The notes beneath the pieces are model-generated. The model searched no databases. It worked only from the letters and a program-made list of their open reading frames with translations, and was not told the DNA's origin. Below are positions 18,606 through 25,669 of a stretch of 25,669 nt of DNA, in pieces (the stretch's first letter is position 1; each line of letters begins with the position of its first letter). The stretch covers positions 1 to 25,669 of the IMG/VR virus record IMGVR_UViG_3300031519_000196; one strand, given 5' to 3'. The stretch is from a virus. Taxonomy: Duplodnaviria; Caudoviricetes. The position numbers and the translations under genes are program-made.

Positions 18606-19697
18606 ATGCCATACGCAAAAGACAGCTACACAGGCGACAGTTCTACGACGGACTTTGTTATCTCGTTCCCTTACATCGAAGCGTCTCATGTGGTCGTTAA
18701 GGTCGATGGTATCACTAAGACAAACCCAGACGACTACACGTTCACCACAGACTCACAGAAGATCAGGTTCTCTACGGCTCCAGCTAGTGGTGCCATTGTT
18801 CTTCTAGTTAGGTCTACGTCTCAAACAGCACGTCTTGTGGACTACCAGAGCGGCGCGATTCTCAGCGAAGAGATCTTAGACAACGACAGCCTGCAAGCTT
18901 TCTATCTGACACAGGAAGTGTGGGACATTGCAGAGGAAGGATCTATTGCTGTTGGAACCACGACAACAAGCGCAGCTGGCGGAAATGCTTCTGTTGTTAA
19001 CGCTGGTACTTCTACAAACGCTATCTTGAACTTCACGATACCTCGTGGGCCTACAGGGCCAACAGGTGCTACTGGTGCTCAAGGCCCAACAGGTACTGCT
19101 GCCGTTGCTATTGGCGGAAATGTTGACTTAAACACCTACACCACAAACGGCTACTTTCACCAGAATTCTAATGCCAACGCTACGAGCGGAAGTAACTATC
19201 CAGTAGCACTCGCAGGGATGCTGTCTGTGCAGGCTAAGAGCAATATGGTCTACCAACATTACCAAACGTATAACGGTGGGGGATCATACCAGCGGACTAA
19301 ATATAATTCTACTTGGTACGCTTGGGATAAAATACGTGATTCAGGTAACGATGCAGCTATTGCCTCACAAGCTGAAGCAGAGGCAGGAACAAACAACACT
19401 AAAGGCATGACGCCCCTACGAGTTAAGCAAGCAAATGCAGTTGCTGGTTCAGTAGGCGCTACTCAGCTAAACGTCACAGGCAACGGCACAACATCACAAT
19501 TTCTACGATCTGATGGTGATGGTTCATTCACTTGGGCAGTACCAAACGGTGTCACCGCTGTGACAATCAATAACACCACCACCAGCGGAACCGTTGCGCC
19601 AGTTCGTAGTGTTTCTTTGTCGGGTTCTATAACAGGTTCAACACTAACTTTGACGTTGACTAAAACAATGACAGCAGATGGCGGTGGTGGTGAGTAG
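18606..19697 (+). CDS. Tail fibre 1: T7 gp17-type N-terminal anchor, short collagen-like stretch, pyocin-knob-like domain
   Basis: Anchor motifs YTGDSSTTDFVISFPYI and [27 protein letters not shown]. Gly-X-Y run at about 19047-19097. Knob-like DLNTYTTNGYFHQ...NYPVALAGML...YQRTKYNSTWYAW at about 19124-19330. Confidence 0.88.
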   Translation: MPYAKDSYTGDSSTTDFVISFPYIEASHVVVKVDGITKTNPDDYTFTTDSQKIRFSTAPASGAIVLLVRSTSQTARLVDYQSGAILSEEILDNDSLQAFYLTQEVWDIAEEGSIAVGTTTTSAAGGNASVVNAGTSTNAILNFTIPRGPTGPTGATGAQGPTGTAAVAIGGNVDLNTYTTNGYFHQNSNANATSGSNYPVALAGMLSVQAKSNMVYQHYQTYNGGGSYQRTKYNSTWYAWDKIRDSGNDAAIASQAEAEAGTNNTKGMTPLRVKQANAVAGSVGATQLNVTGNGTTSQFLRSDGDGSFTWAVPNGVTAVTINNTTTSGTVAPVRSVSLSGSITGSTLTLTLTKTMTADGGGGE

Positions 19698-19759
19698 TGA
19701 AAACAGCCACGATCTTCCTAAAATCTTCGTTAAAGAAATAGCTTAAAGGACAAAAACAA

Positions 19760-22700
19760 ATGGCATATTCACGCGACGTATACACGGCATCTGGATCTAC
19801 AGATCTTTTTGACGTGACGTTTCCATATCTGTCTCAGAGCCACATTAAGGTCTATGTAGACAGCACGCTGGATGCTTCTATTGTTTGGGTCTCAGGCTCA
19901 CGAGTTCAACTGTCTGCTACTCCATCGGCAGGCGCTAATGTTGTTATCCAACGAGAAACATCACCGGCCCAACGTCTTGTTGATTACCAATCAGGCGGTG
20001 TGCTTAGCGAAGAGATCCTAGATGACGATAGCCTTCAAGCTTTCTATCTGTCTCAGGAATCTTTAGACGTTTCGGCACAAGAGACCCAAAGGTTCCTTGA
20101 TCCTAAGACCTCTGCGCCTTCTGTACGAGACGACGGTACTGCGTTGGTTACGGGTGACTTCTACTATAATACGACCGACACCACGACTTATGTTTGGTCG
20201 GGATCTTCTTGGCTGAGTTCTATTGGTGCTACTGGTCCTACAGGCCCTACGGGTGTTGCTGGTCCCACAGGCCCAACTGGTCCTCAAGGATCTACTGGTG
20301 CTGCTGGTTCAGACGGGTCTGATGGTGCAGCCGCTACGGTAACTGTAGCTTCTACAAGCACAGGCCTGCCGGGCACGTCAGCTACTGTAACAAACAGTGG
20401 CACGTCTGCCGCAGCGGTTCTTAACTTTACGATCCCACAAGGTGCTACTGGGTCTACAGGACCAATTGGTGCTACAGGCATACAGGGACCACAGGGGACC
20501 ACAGGTCTCGTAGGACCACAAGGCAACACAGGCGCTCAGGGTCCACAAGGACAGACGGGTGCTTCTGGGGAAGGATCGGGTGATCTACTAGCTGCACAGA
20601 ACTTGTCTGACGTAAGCAGCGCCGCCACATCAAGAACTAACCTTGGTTTAGGGTCAGCTGCGGTAGCTAACACAACTGACTTTCTTCTAGCTACTAACAA
20701 TCTGTCTGACTTAAACAACGTCATCACATCTCGTACTAACCTTGGTGTCCCTGAAGGATTCTCTGATACATCATCGACTGCGGTAGGCGCATTAGCTTTA
20801 GCCAATGATGATGGGACAGCCAACAACAACACCGCTTTGGGATATAAAGCTGGTGAAGATATTACTGTTGGCACTGACGGTCTTTTCTTGGGATATAATG
20901 CTGGCCTTAACGTAACTGCTTCTGGAACTATTGCTGTTGGCTCTCAAGCAATGGGCTCGGGAATAACAACAGGTAATTACAACACTGCTATAGGCTATCA
21001 GTCAGGCTATGATTTAACTTCAGGCGCGAACAACATATTTCAGGGCTTCCAAGCAGGCTTTAACGCAACTACTGGTTCAACGAATATTGCTCTAGGCTAT
21101 CAAGCTATTAGTACAGGTGTCCTTACTGGCACTGAAAACATAGCCATCGGTCGTGCTGCGGGCCAAGATTTGACCAGCGGCATACGCAACTTCTTTGCTG
21201 GCTATGGGGCAGGCACTAACGCAACTACCGCTGATTATAGTATTGGTATTGGTCAGTCCGCATTAGGCTTAGGTGTCCTTACTGGGGACCATAATATTGC
21301 TTTCGGTAACGGGGCTGGCTACGATTTAACCAGCGGTAGTCACAACATTCTTTCGGGATTTCAAGCAGGCGCTAACATAACAACCGGCAATGGCAACATA
21401 TTTCAGGGCCAAGAAGCGGGGGAATTTGCAACTACTGCTAATTACGGCATAGCCATAGGTTATGAAGCAATTGGTACTGGTGTTATGACTGGCACTGATA
21501 ACACTGCCATTGGTCGAATAGCCGGTCATGATTTAACCAGTGGTGCCTACAATAATTTTATAGGTTATTTCGCTGGTGCTAACGCAACTACTGCTATAAA
21601 TACAATCGCTATTGGTAGACAGGCTATTAGCTTAGGTGTCCTTACTGGCACTGACAACACCGCTATTGGTTATCTAGCAGGTGATGATTTAACCAGCGGA
21701 GCCTACAACGTCTTTACTGGCCATCGAGCAGGCGCTAACGCAACTACTGGCGATAATAATGTCGGTATTGGTAGATACGCTCTTGGCACAGGTGTCCTTA
21801 CTGGCTCTGATAACACCGCTATTGGCTATGGCGCAGGTCAGGATTTAACCAGTGGCTCCCGCAATAACTTTATGGGCTTCCAAGCCGGAAGGGGCGTAAC
21901 GACAGGTACGGGAAACATATTCTCTGGATATCAAGCAGCGGAATTTGTAACTACCGCTACTTATGGCATAGCTATTGGCTATGCCGCAATTGGCTCAGGT
22001 GTTATGACGGGTACTGATAACACCGCTATTGGTCGTGTAGCTGGCAACGATTTAACCAGCGGCACCTATAATAATTTTATGGGCTATAATGCAGGTGCTA
22101 ACGCAACAACGGCGGATTATTCTATTGCTATTGGTTATTTTCCAATGGGGACAGGCGTTGTTACCGGCACGGATAACACCGCTATTGGTCGTCTAGCTGG
22201 TAACGATTTAACCAGTGGTGCCTACAACATATTTCAGGGCTATAATGCAGGACAAAACGCAACTACTGCCGATAATACAATCGCTATTGGCCGTTCTGTT
22301 ATGGCCGGTGGTATTCTTACTGGCGATGGTAACACCGCTATTGGCCACGACGCAGGTCAGGATTTAACCAGTGGCGAATACAACAACTTTATGGGCTTCA
22401 GGGCAGGCTATAACGCAACTACTGCCGATAGCAACATCGCTATTGGCCGTACCGCAATTGGCTTAGGTGTTCTTACTGGTAATAGTAATGTCGCTATTGG
22501 TCATAGTGCTGGCTACGATTTAACCAGTGGTGCCTTCAACCTCATTATGGGCTACATAGCAGGCGGTAACGTAACTACAGGCGCTGACAATACAATTCTC
22601 GGCACGTCTGCTGGTTTCTCACTGACAACCGGCAGCAACAACACCATCATTGGCCACGACGCAGCACCATCCTCAGCCAGTGTATCTAACGAGATCACAC

Positions 22701-23434
22701 TCGGTGGTGGGACTATCACGGATGTTAGAATACCTGGCGTTGATTTTTATATTGATAATGGCAACGTAGGTATTGGGACGAGTTCGCCGTCTGACCTTCT
22801 TGATTTGTCATCCGCCGATCCCCGCATTCGTCTGACAAACACTGGTGGTGGATATTGTTTAGTACGCACTGGCAGTACTGATGGGTCGCTGATCCTTGAT
22901 GCTGATGCGGGTAATACTGCCGCAAATTCTGACATGATTATGCGTGTTGATGGCACAGAACACATGCGCATCAACAGCAGTGGCAACGTAGGCATTGGTA
23001 CGAGTTCGCCTTCCACAGCCCTCGGTGTCGTCGGCACGGTAACAGCTACAGCCTTTGCAGGCGATGGCTCTGCTCTCACAGGCATCGAGGTGGGTGAAGG
23101 CACTATTAAGGCTTGGGTGAATTTTGACTCACGCACCACTCTATCTATTACGGATAGTGGCAATGTGTCGAGTGTCACGGATAATAGTACAGGTAACTAC
23201 ACAATTAACTTTAGTAGCGCCCTTTCATCAGCGGGTTATGCGCTTGCTGGTTATGGCGTATCTTACTCTGTTTCAAATGTTAGTGGATTCACTCAATTTG
23301 GGTTAGTCCCTACTGGCACAAATACAAAAATACCTGTAACAAAGAGTACTTCTGCTGTTCGGATTCTTATGGGCAACCCTGCTAATGGTATTCCTGCAGA
23401 CGCTGGTGATTACTCGCTTAGTGTGGTAAATTAG
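19760..23434 (+). CDS. Tail fibre 2 (long): gp17-type anchor, collagen-like repeats, NTAIG-type beta-solenoid repeats, C-terminal globular domain
   Basis: Second copy of the anchor ([47 protein letters not shown]), Gly-X-Y runs, NNLSD repeats, about 30 17-aa NxAIG repeats, two [11 protein letters not shown] motifs and a KAWVNFD...[18 protein letters not shown]-terminus. Confidence 0.9.
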   Translation: MAYSRDVYTASGSTDLFDVTFPYLSQSHIKVYVDSTLDASIVWVSGSRVQLSATPSAGANVVIQRETSPAQRLVDYQSGGVLSEEILDDDSLQAFYLSQESLDVSAQETQRFLDPKTSAPSVRDDGTALVTGDFYYNTTDTTTYVWSGSSWLSSIGATGPTGPTGVAGPTGPTGPQGSTGAAGSDGSDGAAATVTVASTSTGLPGTSATVTNSGTSAAAVLNFTIPQGATGSTGPIGATGIQGPQGTTGLVGPQGNTGAQGPQGQTGASGEGSGDLLAAQNLSDVSSAATSRTNLGLGSAAVANTTDFLLATNNLSDLNNVITSRTNLGVPEGFSDTSSTAVGALALANDDGTANNNTALGYKAGEDITVGTDGLFLGYNAGLNVTASGTIAVGSQAMGSGITTGNYNTAIGYQSGYDLTSGANNIFQGFQAGFNATTGSTNIALGYQAISTGVLTGTENIAIGRAAGQDLTSGIRNFFAGYGAGTNATTADYSIGIGQSALGLGVLTGDHNIAFGNGAGYDLTSGSHNILSGFQAGANITTGNGNIFQGQEAGEFATTANYGIAIGYEAIGTGVMTGTDNTAIGRIAGHDLTSGAYNNFIGYFAGANATTAINTIAIGRQAISLGVLTGTDNTAIGYLAGDDLTSGAYNVFTGHRAGANATTGDNNVGIGRYALGTGVLTGSDNTAIGYGAGQDLTSGSRNNFMGFQAGRGVTTGTGNIFSGYQAAEFVTTATYGIAIGYAAIGSGVMTGTDNTAIGRVAGNDLTSGTYNNFMGYNAGANATTADYSIAIGYFPMGTGVVTGTDNTAIGRLAGNDLTSGAYNIFQGYNAGQNATTADNTIAIGRSVMAGGILTGDGNTAIGHDAGQDLTSGEYNNFMGFRAGYNATTADSNIAIGRTAIGLGVLTGNSNVAIGHSAGYDLTSGAFNLIMGYIAGGNVTTGADNTILGTSAGFSLTTGSNNTIIGHDAAPSSASVSNEITLGGGTITDVRIPGVDFYIDNGNVGIGTSSPSDLLDLSSADPRIRLTNTGGGYCLVRTGSTDGSLILDADAGNTAANSDMIMRVDGTEHMRINSSGNVGIGTSSPSTALGVVGTVTATAFAGDGSALTGIEVGEGTIKAWVNFDSRTTLSITDSGNVSSVTDNSTGNYTINFSSALSSAGYALAGYGVSYSVSNVSGFTQFGLVPTGTNTKIPVTKSTSAVRILMGNPANGIPADAGDYSLSVVN
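20225..20570 (+). repeat. Collagen-like Gly-X-Y repeats (two blocks) in tail fibre 2
   Basis: [36 protein letters not shown], then after a spacer [42 protein letters not shown]. Confidence 0.9.
20820..22660 (+). repeat. Hierarchical tandem repeat array (17-aa units, 52-aa triplets) in tail fibre 2
   Basis: The DLTSG-coding anchor GATTT(A/G)AC starts at 21011, 21167, 21323, 21530, 21686, 21842, 22049, 22205, 22361 and 22517. Confidence 0.92.
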
Positions 23435-23438
23435 ACTG

Positions 23439-23831
23439 ATGGGCAATTACAGAGTAATCTTTGAAGACCCAGAGAAGCCAGAGCAACCTGCAACGGTGCT
23501 TGCCCCTAATGACAAATGGCTTGAAGAAGCTAAGGCTGGGCTACTACCACCCATCTCCGTTTACTGGGCTTTGCAGGACGATGAGCAGCAAGCAATTGCA
23601 GAAGGGCGACACGACACATTTCAGCCTGACCCAGAGAAACACGCGGCACAACGGACTGCACCTCGAATTGGCCCCCTTACAGAAGAAGAGGCTATTGAGT
23701 ATCTCATTATGAAAGACATCCCTCGCCACATCTGGTCGAAAGAGTACAACCGACCAATGTTCAAGATTGTCAAAACAGAGGACGTGCCATCTGACAGGTC
23801 GTTCCGTAACGCATGGAGACTTTCAGCATGA
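23439..23831 (+). CDS. Fibre-associated hypothetical protein (possible tail fibre assembly factor)
   Basis: 130 aa directly after the fibre, with LTEEEAIEYLIMKDIP and terminal DVPSDRSFRNAW motifs. ATGA overlap with the next gene. Confidence 0.7.
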   Translation: MGNYRVIFEDPEKPEQPATVLAPNDKWLEEAKAGLLPPISVYWALQDDEQQAIAEGRHDTFQPDPEKHAAQRTAPRIGPLTEEEAIEYLIMKDIPRHIWSKEYNRPMFKIVKTEDVPSDRSFRNAWRLSA

Positions 23832-24184
23832 AACAAATATTTATTAAAATAGGCGCTACCACCTACGACGCCGCTGACTACACACTACCAGCAGAACGTA
23901 CTTTCCGTAATGCTTGGGAAGCTAATTCTGGAACAGGGCTTATCTCTGTGGACATGGAGGCAGCACGGGACATCTGGCGTGACAAGATCCGCACGGCACG
24001 CACAGAGCCACTAGAGTCACTTGACACAGCTTTTATGAAAGCACTGGAGATGGGTGCTGACACAACAGAAATTGTTGCAGACAAACAAGCTCTTCGTGAC
24101 GCTCCTAGTGACCCTGCTATTGACGCAGCTACAACCCCAGAGGAACTCGCAGCGGTACAACCTGCTGGTCTGACAGTGGTTTAA
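23828..24184 (+). CDS. Putative tail fibre assembly chaperone-like protein
   Basis: ATG 23828 overlaps the upstream stop. VDMEAARDIWRDKIRTAR..LESLD...KQALRDAP resembles R..R..LL..D...RQALRD tail assembly chaperones. Confidence 0.7.
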   Translation: MKQIFIKIGATTYDAADYTLPAERTFRNAWEANSGTGLISVDMEAARDIWRDKIRTARTEPLESLDTAFMKALEMGADTTEIVADKQALRDAPSDPAIDAATTPEELAAVQPAGLTVV

Positions 24185-24225
24185 AGTAGCTAACTTTTAA
24201 AATTTCAACACCAAAGGTAACTAGA

Positions 24226-24447
24226 ATGACTGACGACGAGAAAAAAACCATCACGGTGAACGACAAGCCTTACAACGTAGAAGACCTGAGCGATCAAGAG
24301 ATTGTTATGGTCAACCATGTGGCTGATCTGGACCAAAAGCTAATGGCCGCGCGGTTCAACGTAGATCAATTGCAAGTCGCTCGTGATTCGTTTGTTGGCA
24401 TGTTGACTAACTCGCTTGAAAACCCAACCCCTGTAGAAAAGGAATAA
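24226..24447 (+). CDS. Hypothetical protein (73 aa, C-terminal coiled coil)
   Basis: AAGG RBS, co-oriented, ITVNDKPYNVEDLS N-terminus followed by a heptad-like helix. Confidence 0.75.
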   Translation: MTDDEKKTITVNDKPYNVEDLSDQEIVMVNHVADLDQKLMAARFNVDQLQVARDSFVGMLTNSLENPTPVEKE

Positions 24448-24451
24448 TGTA

Positions 24452-24685
24452 ATGCCAGAAGAAGAAATCGAAATGACAGCAGAAGACATTGCCCGGCACT
24501 ACAGTGCGTCGATGGACTCTGTAAACCTCATTAACGCTGTGGTCGCCTCGCCTGACGACTACACAGACGACCCTACGGTCCTACAGCGTAACGTAGATCA
24601 TCTAAAAGGATCGCTAGTACGAGACATTTGGACGACCGAAGACATGACCCCATTTATTGACGCTATTGCAGCAGGGGGTGGCTAA
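24452..24685 (+). CDS. Hypothetical acidic protein (77 aa)
   Basis: AAGGA RBS and tight packing; contains SVNLIN...RNVDHL...WTTEDMTP. Confidence 0.75.
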   Translation: MPEEEIEMTAEDIARHYSASMDSVNLINAVVASPDDYTDDPTVLQRNVDHLKGSLVRDIWTTEDMTPFIDAIAAGGG

Positions 24686-24709
24686 CCTCAACATAAAGGA
24701 TGTTTATCC

Positions 24710-25057
24710 ATGGAAGGTGCGATTGACATAAGATTGATCGTTACCTTGGCAGGTATTCTGTTCAGCGTAGCTGGCGCTGCTGCCGTAGGTAAAATGCAAA
24801 TCAAGGTTATACTAACAACACTGATGGACATAGAGAAAAGACTAAGAAGCATCGACAAAAGAGTAGACGTACTTGAGACAAAAATTGAAATGCAACACCA
24901 ACGACTTTCAGTGTTATCAACAATGATGGACCCTGCAACAATGGAACGAAGGTATCGTGAGCTAGCTACTATACAAGCAGACCTATCTAGTCTAAAACAT
25001 GGAGTAGAAAAACTAGCTCACATGCACAATGGCAAGCACCCTCAAGTACTAAGTTAA
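24710..25057 (+). CDS. Membrane-anchored coiled-coil protein (possible lysis-related protein)
   Basis: N-terminal TM segment (LIVTLAGILFSVAGAAAV) followed by heptad repeats. AAGGA RBS. Confidence 0.7.
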   Translation: MEGAIDIRLIVTLAGILFSVAGAAAVGKMQIKVILTTLMDIEKRLRSIDKRVDVLETKIEMQHQRLSVLSTMMDPATMERRYRELATIQADLSSLKHGVEKLAHMHNGKHPQVLS

Positions 25058-25081
25058 AAATAGGAACTAAAGGAAACACTC

Positions 25082-25297
25082 ATGGACTTAATGGTACTTA
25101 GTAAACTTTTGTTTCTTGTGGTCGTTACACTGCCTGATGGTTCTTATGACTCTAAGGCAGAACAAATAACTGAGTGTCCTCCTTACGAAATTGTCCAAAC
25201 CATAATGAACCACAAAATGAAAACAGGAGAAATTACTTCTTGGTTTGCCAACTGCGCTGAGTTGCCGTTCATTGAGGCTGCAAAACAAGGAGCCTAG
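25082..25297 (+). CDS. Small hypothetical protein with a hydrophobic N-terminus and two Cys
   Basis: AAGGA RBS, LLFLVVVTL segment, and tight packing with the next gene. Confidence 0.65.
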   Translation: MDLMVLSKLLFLVVVTLPDGSYDSKAEQITECPPYEIVQTIMNHKMKTGEITSWFANCAELPFIEAAKQGA

Positions 25298-25299
25298 CT

Positions 25300-25669
25300 G
25301 TGCGTATCATCTTGCACGATGCCCTCAGTGAACAAGAGCTTCGTAAGTTCCCCAAGGGCGTAGGACCACGGGACTATGCGGAACCTGAGATCTCTAGACT
25401 TGTAGACCTTGTCAAAGATTATGCTGACGTGTCTACGTTATACCCTGCCTATTGTTTGGTCGAACAAAACCCAAGAGGTCACGACTGGCACACGGACACA
25501 GGGAACAACCAACACATGACGTGGTGTACACACACAGCCACCATGTTGCTGTCAGATCCATCAGACTTTGAAGGAGGAGAGTTTTTCTTTTATGACGACC
25601 AACCAATCAAGAAATCAGGAGACCTTTTAATATACAGCAGTGACGTTAAGCACAAAGTGAATCCACATA
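25300..25669 (+). CDS. 2OG-Fe(II) oxygenase superfamily protein (prolyl-4-hydroxylase-like), 3'-truncated by the window end
   Basis: Not in the ORF track. My translation from GTG 25300 (AAGGAG RBS upstream) is MRIILHDALSEQEL...HDWHTDTG...TATMLLSDPSDFEGGEFFF...GDLLIYSSDVKHKVNPH. It has the HxD motif, FEGGEF and a distal His. Confidence 0.88.
   Translation, partial: MRIILHDALSEQELRKFPKGVGPRDYAEPEISRLVDLVKDYADVSTLYPAYCLVEQNPRGHDWHTDTGNNQHMTWCTHTATMLLSDPSDFEGGEFFFYDDQPIKKSGDLLIYSSDVKHKVNPH

Noticed and set aside
20820-22660. CRISPR-like array or DGR template/variable repeat pair
   Set aside because: The repeats are in-frame, degenerate and protein-coding. Differences are not adenine-specific, and there is no reverse transcriptase or cas gene in the window.
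675-25299. Repeated phage RNA polymerase promoters in intergenic gaps
   Set aside because: I found no shared ~20-bp motif among the gaps at 675-703, 3948-4062, 19698-19759, 24185-24225 and 25058-25081. A MEME search on the full genome would be needed.
1-25669. Stop-codon reassignment, introns/inteins, tRNAs, integrase, terminase
   Set aside because: Genes are full length in the standard code with no interruptions. No cloverleaf, recombinase or terminase motifs were seen; the terminase probably lies outside the window.

Overview
This is the late (morphogenesis) region of a T7-like podovirus (Autographiviridae-like), probably from an aquatic or marine host (inference). All credible genes are on the + strand and tightly packed. 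Gene order: 3' end of a class II (B12-dependent) ribonucleotide reductase; small ORF; GNAT acetyltransferase; gp7.3-like peptide; portal; scaffold; major capsid with a structured leader and a Tphi-like terminator; tail tubular A and B; and internal virion proteins (gp14-, gp15- and gp16-like). A three-gene block sits between gp15 and gp16: a 650-aa protein with a lysozyme-like domain and a compositionally foreign C-terminal domain, a holin-like membrane protein, and a tiny basic protein. Then come two tail fibres that each carry a T7 gp17-type anchor, fibre-associated small genes, membrane proteins, and a 2OG-Fe(II) oxygenase cut off by the window end and missed by the ORF track. The most notable features are the block inside the ejection-protein genes (its C-terminal domain weakly resembles colicin M), the dual-anchor fibres with a three-level repeat hierarchy (51/156/519 bp), an FCCH-like insertion in tail tubular B, and a structured capsid leader. 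All family assignments come from recognising motifs and synteny by eye; no searches were run.
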